Position numbers and translations under genes: made by a program
The notes under the pieces: model-generated
Database searches by the model: none
The model's input: only the letters and a program-made list of their open reading frames with translations
Told to the model about the DNA's origin: nothing
NCBI GenBank assembly: GCA_035546035.1
Contig: DASZXC010000008.1
Span: forward strand, 123,951 to 187,950
Origin: Minisyncoccota bacterium
Lineage (GTDB): Bacteria > Patescibacteriota > Minisyncoccia > Phycocordibacterales > UBA6065
Direction of reading: 5' to 3'
Length of the DNA stretch: 64,000 nucleotides
Shown here: positions 46,819-55,337 of the stretch, piece after piece
Layout: the number at the start of each line of letters is the position of its first letter
Numbering within the stretch: position 1 is the first letter of the stretch

Positions 46819-47211
46819 ATGTTCTGGAACCGATTCCTCTTTCCGATGCTCGCCGCGCTGGTCGCCGTTGCCGGCCTGAACTGGATAGGCGGGGCCGAAG
46901 GCTATTATTTTACGACCGCATGGTACGATTGGCCCGTACATTTTTTGGGCGGCGTCTGGTCCGGGCTCTTTCTGCTCTGGATATTCAATCTCCCGCATAT
47001 GGGTCGCTTCAAGCGGTTCGCTTCGCTCGAAGCCGTATTGGGCCTCGTATTCCTCATCGGCCTCGCATGGGAGGGATATGAGCTTTTCTTCGGCCTGACG
47101 AGCCTCTACAAAGCGGGATACGGCTTCGATACGTTCCATGACCTCGTGAACGACGTTCTCGGCGCGGCCGCGGCGTTCTGCCTTACCCGCCGAACTATCG
47201 CTCGCGCATAA
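46819..47211 (+). CDS. Small integral membrane protein (about 4 TM), hypothetical
   Basis: 130 aa, hydrophobic helices, aromatic-rich (WYDWPVHFLGGVWSGLFLLWIF). Confidence 0.45.
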   Translation: MFWNRFLFPMLAALVAVAGLNWIGGAEGYYFTTAWYDWPVHFLGGVWSGLFLLWIFNLPHMGRFKRFASLEAVLGLVFLIGLAWEGYELFFGLTSLYKAGYGFDTFHDLVNDVLGAAAAFCLTRRTIARA

Positions 47212-48590
47212 TGAAAGGATTCACGCTCACAGCATGTGCGGCGGTGGGGAATGCCACAGGGGCGAACTTCCTCGTAGAGACCCCGGAGACGTCGTTCCTC
47301 GTCGACTGCGGCCTGGTCCAGGGATCGCAGTTCGCTCAAGATGAAAATCGAGAACCCTTTCCTTTCGATATTCCCAAGGTATCGTTCCTCCTCGTGACCC
47401 ATGCGCATATGGATCATGTCGGCAGGATACCGAAGCTGGTCCGCGAAGGATTCAGCGGGACCATATATTCGACGCCGGAAACGAAAGAGCTTGCCGCGCT
47501 CATGCTCGACGACGCGGTAGGGCTCTTGGACAGGGAAGCGAAAGAAAAGAAGATCGCGCCTCTGTACGAGCGCTCCGATATCGCCCGCGCCATGGGCCTC
47601 TGGAAGGCGATCGAATACCATGCGCAGACGGACATAACGCCGGATATCTCTGCGCTCTTCAAGGACGCCGGGCACGTCCTCGGCTCCTCTATCATCGAAG
47701 TGACGCTCCGCAATGCCGCCGGCGACAAGGGCGTTACGATCGCGTTCACAGGCGACCTCGGCAATTCGCCGACGCCGCTCCTGCGCGACACGGAATATGT
47801 CACGAACGCCGATTACTTGGTCATGGAATCGGTCTACGGCGACAGGAACCACGAGCCGAAGGATGTCCGCGACCAAAGGCTCAAAGACATACTCGGCGCA
47901 GGCCTCCGGCGCGGCGGGACGGTGGTCATTCCCGCGTTCTCGCTGGAGCGGACGCAGGTCATTCTGTACGAGATCAATAACCTGATCGAATCAGGAGCTA
48001 TTCCGCGCGCTCCGGTATATCTTGATTCTCCTTTGGCCATAAAAGTGACGGACGTATACCGCAGGCATACGGCGGATTTCAATAAGAAGATACAGGGCGC
48101 TATCGAAGGAGGCGACGATATATTCGATTTTCCCGGCCTGCGCATCATCGGGAATCCGCAGGAATCCGCGGCGATCCACGGTATGAAAGGGGCCAAGATC
48201 GTCATCGCCGGTTCCGGTATGTCGGTCGGCGGCCGCGTCCTGTCGCATGAAGCGTTCTATCTTGGAGACCCGGACGCTACGATACTGCTCGTCGGCTATC
48301 AGGTGCCGGGCAGCCTCGGCAGGAAGATAGAGGAGCGCGCGTCGAAGCTCGTCATCAATGGCCAGCCGGTGCGCGTGCGCGCTCGTATAGAGAAGATCAG
48401 TGGCTATTCTTCGCACAAAGATTCGAACGGCATGGTCGAATTCGTGTCGCATGCGTTGCCGAGATTGAAGAGGGCGTTCATCGCCATGGGAGAGACTAAA
48501 TCTTCCGCCTTCCTGGCCCAGCGCCTTCGCGATGAGATCGGGGCGAATGCGATAGTGGCGGAGAAGAATAAGTCGTACGAACTAAAATAA
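47211..48590 (+). CDS. Beta-CASP family metallo-beta-lactamase ribonuclease (RNase J/CPSF-like)
   Basis: MBL motif LVTHAHMDHVGRIP (HxHxDH), downstream ..DAGH.LGSS.. and ..H..H, then beta-CASP and C-terminal RNA-metabolising MBL segments. 459 aa. Confidence 0.75.
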   Translation: MKGFTLTACAAVGNATGANFLVETPETSFLVDCGLVQGSQFAQDENREPFPFDIPKVSFLLVTHAHMDHVGRIPKLVREGFSGTIYSTPETKELAALMLDDAVGLLDREAKEKKIAPLYERSDIARAMGLWKAIEYHAQTDITPDISALFKDAGHVLGSSIIEVTLRNAAGDKGVTIAFTGDLGNSPTPLLRDTEYVTNADYLVMESVYGDRNHEPKDVRDQRLKDILGAGLRRGGTVVIPAFSLERTQVILYEINNLIESGAIPRAPVYLDSPLAIKVTDVYRRHTADFNKKIQGAIEGGDDIFDFPGLRIIGNPQESAAIHGMKGAKIVIAGSGMSVGGRVLSHEAFYLGDPDATILLVGYQVPGSLGRKIEERASKLVINGQPVRVRARIEKISGYSSHKDSNGMVEFVSHALPRLKRAFIAMGETKSSAFLAQRLRDEIGANAIVAEKNKSYELK

Positions 48591-48654
48591 ACTCCGAACG
48601 CATATAAAAACCACCCCAGGGCTTGGCGGGGTGGTTTTTATATGCGTTCGGAGT
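48591..48654. terminator. 64-nt perfect hairpin (27-bp stem) between convergent beta-CASP gene and rplT; sister of the 31845-31910 element
   Basis: actccgaacgcatataaaaaccacccc-agggcttggc-ggggtggtttttatatgcgttcggagt. Stem starts right after the stop at 48588-90 and ends at the rplT stop (48654-56). Confidence 0.7.
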
Positions 48655-48998
48655 TACTTTACCTTCGCAACGATCCTGTCGAACGTCTCCGGGTTGTTGT
48701 GAGCGAGGTCGGCGAGGATCTTGCGGTCGATCTGGATGTTCGCCTTCTTCATGGCGCCCATGAATTTCGAGTAGGAGAGGCTCTTTGCGTCGAGAGCCGC
48801 GTTGATCTTGATTATATTGAGGGAGCGGCGGTCAGATTTCTTGTCGCGGCGATGGGCGAACGCGTATGCGCCCGCGTGCGAGATAGCCTCGTATGCCGCG
48901 CGCTCGTTCGTAGAACGGCGGAAGCGATAGCCCTTTACCTGCTTGAGGACGTTGCGGCGGGTCTTAAGCGCATTTACTCCTTTTTTGACGCGTGCCAT
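48654..48998 (-). CDS. rplT: 50S ribosomal protein L20
   Basis: MARVKKGVNALKTRRNVLKQVKGYRFRRS.. conserved bL20. Confidence 0.92.
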   Translation of the reverse strand: MARVKKGVNALKTRRNVLKQVKGYRFRRSTNERAAYEAISHAGAYAFAHRRDKKSDRRSLNIIKINAALDAKSLSYSKFMGAMKKANIQIDRKILADLAHNNPETFDRIVAKVK

Positions 48999-49025
48999 GG
49001 GTGTTTAAGTTAAAGATATCGAGAA

Positions 49026-49214
49026 TTATCGGATGCCGGCGAGAAAGCGCGCCTTTTCCTTGTGGGTCATGTGAAATTCGACGGTCGAGCCCTTCTTGAT
49101 CTGCGATCGGCCCGATTCCTTGGCGTTGAAGTGGTTCTGGCCGGCGCGGCGCACGAGAACCTTGCCGTTCCTCGTCACTTTGAGCCTCTTCGCGAATGAC
49201 TTGTTCGTTTTCAT
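49026..49214 (-). CDS. rpmI: 50S ribosomal protein L35
   Basis: MKTNKSFAKRLKVTRNGKVLVRRAGQNHFNAK. bL35. Confidence 0.88.
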   Translation of the reverse strand: MKTNKSFAKRLKVTRNGKVLVRRAGQNHFNAKESGRSQIKKGSTVEFHMTHKEKARFLAGIR

Positions 49215-49278
49215 GAGATAAAAATAGCCCGAATGGGCGATAGGGCTATATTAGCGCATTTCCCGGATTTGTCCAGCG

Positions 49279-49791
49279 TTAGGCCCTTTCGATGATGGTC
49301 GTAAGACCTTTCGGGCTTTTCGTGGGCTTTTCGGCTAGCTTATGAGGCTCGGTCACGAGAGTGAGGATGCGCTTGAGGCGCTCTTCGAGGAATTTCGGAT
49401 CCATGTATTTAGACCTGCCCGGAAGGAAGAGGTCGAGCTTGATCCTGTGGCCTTCTTTGAGCCATTCGGACGCTTTCTTGGCCTTGAGCTCCAGATCGTG
49501 CTCGCCGGTCCCTATCTTGACCTGTAACGACTTTATCTCGATGACATGGGCCTTTGCTTTCTGAGCTTTTTGCTTCTTGTTCTCTTCGTACGAGAATTTG
49601 CCGTAGTCGGTGATCTTGGCTACAGGCGGGACGGCGTTAGGGGAGATCTCGATGAGGTCGAGTCCGGCGCCGTGCGCCTTTTGGAGCGCTTCGGAGAGGG
49701 AAATGACGCCATAGTTCTCGCCCTCGGGGCCGATGACGCGCAATTCCAGCGCTTTTATCTGGTGATTTATTCGAGTCCTGTCTTTGCTCAT
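49279..49791 (-). CDS. infC: Translation initiation factor IF-3
   Basis: ..INHQIKALELRVIGPEGENYGVISLSEALQKAHGAGLDLIEISPNAVPPVAKI. IF3 N- and C-domains. First gene of the infC-rpmI-rplT operon. Confidence 0.9.
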   Translation of the reverse strand: MSKDRTRINHQIKALELRVIGPEGENYGVISLSEALQKAHGAGLDLIEISPNAVPPVAKITDYGKFSYEENKKQKAQKAKAHVIEIKSLQVKIGTGEHDLELKAKKASEWLKEGHRIKLDLFLPGRSKYMDPKFLEERLKRILTLVTEPHKLAEKPTKSPKGLTTIIERA

Positions 49792-49830
49792 GAGACCCTA
49801 TAAAAGCATATTTAGGCATATAATGGAAGC

Positions 49831-50544
49831 ATGTTCGATGTATCCATTCCGGTCGCGTTCCTCGCGGGGCTTGTCTCGTTCGCGTCTCCGTGCGTCCTGC
49901 CGATCATTCCCGGCTTCCTCGCATACATAGCGGGTTCGGCCGCGTCATCAGAAGCGTCCCGGACGAACTCTCGCGACGTATTCCTCGCGAGCGTCTTCTT
50001 CGTGCTCGGATTTTCGGTCGTGTTCGCGCTTCTCGGCATACTTCTGAATACCGTCCTCGCCGATGCGGCGTACGGCGTTCAGACCTGGCTCGCGCGGATC
50101 GGCGGTTCGATCATCATCGTCTTCGGCCTCTATCTGGCGGGCCTTCTCGATATCCCGTGGCTTTCCCGCGCGCACACGATGAAGGTATCGGCGAAGAAGC
50201 ACTCGCGTAACGTCACGTCGTTCCTGTTCGGCTTCGCTTTCGCGGCGGGGTGGACGCCGTGCGTCGGCGCGATACTCGGGGCCATCATCGCCCTGGCCGC
50301 GTCGCACCCAGGGTCAGCGTTCTTTCTTTTGCTCTCGTATTCGATGGGGCTCGGCGCGCCGTTCCTCGCCGTGGGGCTTTTCGCGGGCAAGGCTTCGGCA
50401 TTCATCGAACGCTATGCGCGGACGTTCGCCCTTATCTCCAAGATATTCGGCGGCGTGCTCGTCGTCCTCGGCATATTCGTATTTACCCAAGAGCTTTCGC
50501 GCGTCGCTGATTTCGATTTCGTCAATAATATTTTGATCAAATGA
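49831..50544 (+). CDS. ccdA: Cytochrome c-type biogenesis / thiol-disulfide transporter CcdA (DsbD family)
   Basis: 6-TM protein with FASPCVLP and GWTPCVG Cys motifs in TM1/TM4. Confidence 0.8.
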   Translation: MFDVSIPVAFLAGLVSFASPCVLPIIPGFLAYIAGSAASSEASRTNSRDVFLASVFFVLGFSVVFALLGILLNTVLADAAYGVQTWLARIGGSIIIVFGLYLAGLLDIPWLSRAHTMKVSAKKHSRNVTSFLFGFAFAAGWTPCVGAILGAIIALAASHPGSAFFLLLSYSMGLGAPFLAVGLFAGKASAFIERYARTFALISKIFGGVLVVLGIFVFTQELSRVADFDFVNNILIK

Positions 50545-51674
50545 TGAGGAACAAGCAGATCGTCGGTCTCGTGGTCGCGATAGTCGTTATCGTGGTCAGC
50601 ATCATGTATCTCCAAATGGGCAAAGCGAAGCCGGTCATCTCTGGCGCGCCTGCAGCGGAGGTGACGGCCGCCGAGGCGTCTCCATCTCTGATGCCGGCCG
50701 ATTCTGCGGCGCGCATCGCGGCGAAGAGCGCCATGTATGAAAAGGCCAAAGAGATCGCCGCTCCGTCCGGGTTCGTGAATACGGACGGCCAGCCGATCAC
50801 GATATCGCAATACGTGGGCAAGAAGGTCGTCCTTCTCGACATCATGACCTACAGTTGCATCAACTGCATACGCACGTTCCCGTATCTCGTCGATTGGTAT
50901 AAAAAATATGAAGACAAGGGCCTCGTCATCATCGGCATACACACGCCGGAATTCGATTTCGAGAAGAACATAGATAATGTGACCGCGGCGATGAAGAAAT
51001 ACGGCATCACGTTCCCGGTCGTGCTCGATAACGACTATGGAACATGGTCGGCATACAAGAATCTCTATTGGCCGAGAAAGTATCTCATCGACATAGACGG
51101 ATTCATCCGCTATGACCATATCGGTGAAGGGGGCTATGGAGAGACCGAGGAAAAGATACAGGATCTGTTGAAGGAGCGCGCCGACGTTTTGGGCTTGGGC
51201 GCCGCCGTGTCATCGTCGATCGACATGCCGACGATGCCGGAAGCGGTGAGCCAGGCTCCGGAGTCGTTGGATCAGAGCAGGGAGACGTATTTTGGTTCTG
51301 CGAGGAACGAATTTTTCGGCAATGGCGCTCCGGGCCGGACGACAGGCGGCATGTTCACGATACCTGACAAACCGACGCTCAACCGGTTCTATCTTGGCGG
51401 CGAATGGAGCATCCTTCCTGACCATGCCGAAAACACCGCGGTGCCGGCAAAGATCGTCTACCCGTTCGTGGCGCGCAAGGTGTTCTTTGTCGCGTCGGCC
51501 GATTCCCCGGTCGCCGTAAACGTCTCCGTAGACGGAAAGGCCCTTGCTCCGATCACGGTCCATGAAGCGCGCCTCTATGACGTGTATGCGACCGACGCTC
51601 TGGGCCAGCATACGCTCGAGCTCTCCCCGCAGGGGAAGGGGCTCCAAGCGTTCACATTGACGTTCGGGAACTAA
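50541..51674 (+). CDS. Membrane-anchored thioredoxin-fold thiol-disulfide oxidoreductase (TlpA/ResA-like) with extra C-terminal domain
   Basis: N-terminal TM. Thioredoxin fold with ..TYSCINCIRTFP.. (CxxC), then ..GIHTPEFDFEKN.. Overlaps ccdA by 4 nt. Confidence 0.7.
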   Translation: MMRNKQIVGLVVAIVVIVVSIMYLQMGKAKPVISGAPAAEVTAAEASPSLMPADSAARIAAKSAMYEKAKEIAAPSGFVNTDGQPITISQYVGKKVVLLDIMTYSCINCIRTFPYLVDWYKKYEDKGLVIIGIHTPEFDFEKNIDNVTAAMKKYGITFPVVLDNDYGTWSAYKNLYWPRKYLIDIDGFIRYDHIGEGGYGETEEKIQDLLKERADVLGLGAAVSSSIDMPTMPEAVSQAPESLDQSRETYFGSARNEFFGNGAPGRTTGGMFTIPDKPTLNRFYLGGEWSILPDHAENTAVPAKIVYPFVARKVFFVASADSPVAVNVSVDGKALAPITVHEARLYDVYATDALGQHTLELSPQGKGLQAFTLTFGN

Positions 51675-52825
51675 TGCCGATGGCCGGCGTGCTCGATGAC
51701 GCGCATCTCTTCTTCTATCTTTTTATCATCGTCGGCGGGGGAAGGATTCTTTACGAGCATGAATACGGCGATCACGGTTGTCACCGGGACGGCGAGAATG
51801 AGCCCTATGGATCCCACGAGGGAGCGGACGATCTCGGTCGCGAACGTCTCTCGGTTCAATATGAGCCCGATCGATTCGCCTGAAGCCGAATAGAAGAGGA
51901 GGAGCAGGGGAAGCGACGCGCCGACATATGCGATGGCGAGCGTGTTCACGAGCGCGCCGATATGCTCGCGGCCTATGCGTATCGCCCGGCTGTATATAGT
52001 CCTGCGCGAGACGTGAGGGGCGATGCGGTGGAGCTCTTCGACCGATATGGCCTGGCCGATAGCGGCGTCGTACATGACGCCGAGCAGGCCGATGAGGATT
52101 CCGCCTAAAAGTATGCCCGCCAGATCGAGCGTGCCGCGGAAATTGAAATTGAGGTACGTCGCTTCTTCGTCCCCGAAACCGGCCAGCCGCGCGTAGCCGA
52201 TCGCAAAATGGGCGAAGATCCCGACGATGAGAACGGTGACGACCATGCCGATGACCGCCGACGTCGTGGTCTTATTGAATCCGTGCGTTATATACGAGCC
52301 GAGGACGATGATGACCGATGAGACGACGATCGAAAGCAGGATAGGGGAATAGCCCTGGATGATTCCGGGGATGAGGGCGAAAACGATGAATGCGAGACTG
52401 CCGATGAGAGATGCGATGCCCCGCGCGCCCTGTTTTCCGCCGAATATGACGACGAGAATGACGAATATGATCGCGAGCATGCCGAGCTGGGGCAGGCGAT
52501 CGGGTTCCGAGACGATGAATGTCTCGGTGCCGCCGTCCCACGGCACGAGGTGCGCCGCATAGAACGTCTCGCCTTCCTCGAGGCGGATGAGATCGTTTTT
52601 GATCGTCACGGTCTTGCCTTCGGCGAGGCCGGTAAGGATCTTCGCTTCGATATTCTGGATCAGATGAGGGGTATCAGTGCCCGGAATCATCTCCGTATTC
52701 GAATCTATGATGTGAACCACCTGGGCTCTCACGATCTCTTGCTTGTCCTGCATGACCTCCTGGCCATGCGCGCTGTTCGCGGCAAAAGCGAGGATGGAAA
52801 TAAGGATAAAGAGTATTCTTTTCAT
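51671..52825 (-). CDS. YibE/F-like polytopic membrane protein
   Basis: Signal peptide, then about 120-aa extracytoplasmic region, then about 7 TM helices. Architecture resembles YibE/F family. Tentative. Confidence 0.45.
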   Translation of the reverse strand: MKRILFILISILAFAANSAHGQEVMQDKQEIVRAQVVHIIDSNTEMIPGTDTPHLIQNIEAKILTGLAEGKTVTIKNDLIRLEEGETFYAAHLVPWDGGTETFIVSEPDRLPQLGMLAIIFVILVVIFGGKQGARGIASLIGSLAFIVFALIPGIIQGYSPILLSIVVSSVIIVLGSYITHGFNKTTTSAVIGMVVTVLIVGIFAHFAIGYARLAGFGDEEATYLNFNFRGTLDLAGILLGGILIGLLGVMYDAAIGQAISVEELHRIAPHVSRRTIYSRAIRIGREHIGALVNTLAIAYVGASLPLLLLFYSASGESIGLILNRETFATEIVRSLVGSIGLILAVPVTTVIAVFMLVKNPSPADDDKKIEEEMRVIEHAGHRH

Positions 52826-52835
52826 GCCGCGCTCA

Positions 52836-53297
52836 TTATACAGCGCATCGTTTGCATATGCCGAAGAATTCGAGGGTATGGTCGGTGATCTCCGCGAAGC
52901 GCTTCATGGCGAGCGAGTTTGCCGAAGGCATCGGCGCGCAGGCGTCCACCGATTCCATGGCGCCGCATGCCGTGCAGGTGATGTGATGATGATGCGGTCG
53001 GCCGATATTGGTCTCATAGAGTGCTTCGGTGCTGCCGATGTCTATCTTGCGGACGAGCTTTGCTTTCAGGAGAGTCTCCAGGGTGCGGTAGAGAGTTGCG
53101 GTGTCGTGTTTTTGCACGGATCGACGGAGCTCTTTTATCGAAACAGGGCGATCGAAATGCGAGAGGGCGGTCAAGATGTGGATCCTGGCTTTAGTCACTT
53201 TGCGCTTCGCGGTATATATATGGGTGCCGAGGGCGATCTCTTCGCTCGTATATTTTTCTAGGATGTCTTTTTTGTTCGACGGTCGGCGATTGTGCAT
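52836..53297 (-). CDS. zur: Fur-family metalloregulator (likely Zur)
   Basis: Start taken at internal Met (MHNRRPSNKK..). Winged-helix ..TKARIHILTAL.., then HHHHITCTAC....CKRC metal sites. Divergent from a ZIP zinc transporter. Confidence 0.78.
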   Translation of the reverse strand: MHNRRPSNKKDILEKYTSEEIALGTHIYTAKRKVTKARIHILTALSHFDRPVSIKELRRSVQKHDTATLYRTLETLLKAKLVRKIDIGSTEALYETNIGRPHHHHITCTACGAMESVDACAPMPSANSLAMKRFAEITDHTLEFFGICKRCAV

Positions 53298-53300
53298 AAA

Positions 53301-53347
53301 ACCATGATATTCTAGTTGCAAATGATTTGCAACTAGAATATCATGGT
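53301..53347. promoter_or_regulatory. 47-bp palindromic operator (23-bp perfect arms) in the zur-ZIP divergent intergenic region
   Basis: accatgatattctagttgcaaat-g-atttgcaactagaatatcatggt. Core TTGCAAATGATTTGCAA is Fur/Zur-box-like. It produces the artefactual shared MQLEYHGF N-termini of both flanking track ORFs. Confidence 0.7.
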
Positions 53348-53410
53348 TTTCGAGACGATATCTCGCCTCAAGTCCTCGATTTTATCTATCTAATATTTGC
53401 TCGTCCTATC

Positions 53411-54136
53411 ATGATCATCCTGATTGCCCTCGGCGCATTAGCGGCTACGTTCTTCGGCGGTCTCTTCGCTCTCAGATGGAGCGACAAGCTCCATCTGATC
53501 CTCGGCTTTTCCGCGGGCGCTCTTATCGGCGTCGCATTGTTCGACCTCATGCCGGAGGCATTAGAGCTCGGCGGGGGATATTGGAACCTCGACATGCTCA
53601 TGCTCGCCCTAGCGGGGGGATTCACCGCGTATCTTCTCCTTGATCGGATGTTCCTTATGCACTGCCATGAAGAGGACCATGACCATCGCTCTCATCACGC
53701 GCATCGCGGACGATTCGGCGCGGGAAGCCTCTCGTTCCATAGCTTCCTCGACGGCGCGGCGATAGGCGTCGCCTTCCACGTATCGCCGGTCATCGGTGCG
53801 GTCGTCGCGGCGGCGGTCTTGGCCCATGATTTCTCCGACGGTATCAATACGGTGAGCATGATCCTCCGACACGGCGGGGAAAAGAGGCAGGCGTTCCGCT
53901 GGCTCGTCGTGGACGCGGTCGCGCCGGTCGTCGGCATCGCCTCGACCTATTTCTTCTCGATATCGGAATCAGCGCTCTCGCTCGTCCTCATGGTGTTCTG
54001 CGGATTCTTTATATATATAGGCGCGAGCGACCTCCTGCCGGAAAGCCATCATAAGCACCCGACCCGCTGGACGACCATCACGACCATCATAGGCATGGCG
54101 GTCATATATATGGTGGTGCATATCGCAGGGGTTTAG
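53411..54136 (+). CDS. zupT: ZIP family metal (zinc) transporter ZupT-like
   Basis: Start at internal Met (MIILIALGA..). His-rich loop HEEDHDHRSHHAHRG. Conserved ..HSFLDGAAIGVAF.. and ..LAHDFSDGI.. ZIP motifs. Confidence 0.8.
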   Translation: MIILIALGALAATFFGGLFALRWSDKLHLILGFSAGALIGVALFDLMPEALELGGGYWNLDMLMLALAGGFTAYLLLDRMFLMHCHEEDHDHRSHHAHRGRFGAGSLSFHSFLDGAAIGVAFHVSPVIGAVVAAAVLAHDFSDGINTVSMILRHGGEKRQAFRWLVVDAVAPVVGIASTYFFSISESALSLVLMVFCGFFIYIGASDLLPESHHKHPTRWTTITTIIGMAVIYMVVHIAGV

Positions 54137-54151
54137 GTATACTAGACCCCT

Positions 54152-54385
54152 ATGAAAAGGACATTGAAGAAGATGAAGGACCACCGCGCGGCGTTCGGCG
54201 TCTGTTCCGGGATCGCCTATTGGATCGGCGCTCCTGTGTGGCTCGTACGATTCGCATGGGTATGTTCGGTGCTCTTCTGGGGCACGGGCTGCGCGCTCTA
54301 TCTCATCCTCGCCGTATTCATGCCGACGTGGGAGAAAGACCCTGCTGATTTCGACCAGGTAACGGGACATAAAGACGCTGCCTAA
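54152..54385 (+). CDS. PspC-domain membrane protein
   Basis: ..GVCSGIAYWIGAPVWLVRFAWVCSVLFWGTGCALYLILAVFMP.. matches PspC N-terminal domain. Confidence 0.7.
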   Translation: MKRTLKKMKDHRAAFGVCSGIAYWIGAPVWLVRFAWVCSVLFWGTGCALYLILAVFMPTWEKDPADFDQVTGHKDAA

Positions 54386-54386
54386 G

Positions 54387-54414
54387 CAAAAAGCTCCCTC
54401 GAGGGAGCTTTTTT
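54387..54414 (+). terminator. Intrinsic terminator after pspC-domain gene
   Basis: aaaaagctccctcgagggagctttttt. Confidence 0.8.
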
Positions 54415-54419
54415 ATTTG

Positions 54420-54819
54420 TGGAGATGCCGAGAGTCGAACTCGGGTGCAGAAAGATGTTCCAGTTGCTTCTACGCGACCTAGCGGTCTTTTGCCAGTGAG
54501 GCTTTAAGCGGGCGCACTATAAAGATTCGCGAAACGTGCGGACGCCGATCTTCGCGGGCCGAAGCCCTTCGATAAGGAGCGAAGAGTCTCCGTATCTATC
54601 CTGGATCTATAACACCGGGTCCTGCCGCGCCAGGAATGCGAGCGGGCCGATGTCGTTTAGGCGGGGCTTATTAAGCAGCCGCGTAAGCGAATGAAAACGT
54701 GTTCGTCGCGAAAGGCGATTTTACAGATTTTGCATTTGATGGGCGGAAAGTTTAGAGAGGTATCCTGCTCTATCGCGCGCAAAGGGAAGCTGTCCCTCTG
54801 TCTATGCCTGTCATCCCCA
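54420..54819 (-). ncRNA. ssrA: tmRNA (SsrA)
   Basis: Minus-strand 5' end GGGGAUGACAGGCAU... pairs with 3' end ...GGUUCGACUCUCGGCAUCUCC-A (T-arm-like GUUCGA, 7-bp acceptor stem with G3:U70). Immediately downstream of smpB. Internal frame GCG ACG AAC ACG UUU UCA UUC GCU UAC GCG GCU GCU UAA UAA (about 54669-54710) is a candidate tag ORF. Confidence 0.8.
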
Positions 54820-55266
54820 TTATTCTTGTCCTTTCAATGTTCTCCTGATGTCCCGGTCGGTCTCGCGCTTTTGGATCGAAGCCCGTTTGTCGAACTTCTT
54901 CTTGCCGCGGACGACTGCAATAGCTACCTTGAGCTTTGTTCCTTTATTATACACCCGAATTGGCACTATTGTCAAGCCCTTCTTGGCTTCCATATCAGCC
55001 AATTGGCGTATTTCGGCCTTGGTCATGATCAGTCGGCGCATGCGCATCGGGTCATAATCTGCCGGAGTGTTCGTCGGCTGATAGGGAGCGATTGACATCT
55101 GCAGTATATACGCCTCTCCGCCGCGTATAGTTACATAGGCGCCGTCGAGCACGGCGCCGTGCGTGCGCAAGGACTTCGCTTCGAGGCCGAGCAATTCGAT
55201 GCCGGCCTCGTATTCATCGAGGATCTCGTAGTCGAAGAAGGCTTTTTTGTTTTCCGCGAGGGCCAT
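54820..55266 (-). CDS. smpB: SsrA-binding protein SmpB
   Basis: ..NKKAFFDYEILD..EAGIELLGLEAKS.R...., basic C-terminal tail. 148 aa. Confidence 0.92.
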   Translation of the reverse strand: MALAENKKAFFDYEILDEYEAGIELLGLEAKSLRTHGAVLDGAYVTIRGGEAYILQMSIAPYQPTNTPADYDPMRMRRLIMTKAEIRQLADMEAKKGLTIVPIRVYNKGTKLKVAIAVVRGKKKFDKRASIQKRETDRDIRRTLKGQE

Positions 55267-55337
55267 GCGTTCATGCTATCACACATCGCAAATCATCTGC
55301 TCGCCGTTTCGGTTTTTCTGTTATAGACTGGCCCCAT

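Noticed and set aside
52836-54136. Identical MQLEYHGF N-termini on the zur and ZIP-transporter ORF predictions
   Set aside because: Artefact of the 47-bp palindrome being read on both strands. True starts are the internal Mets (complement 53295-53297 and 53411).
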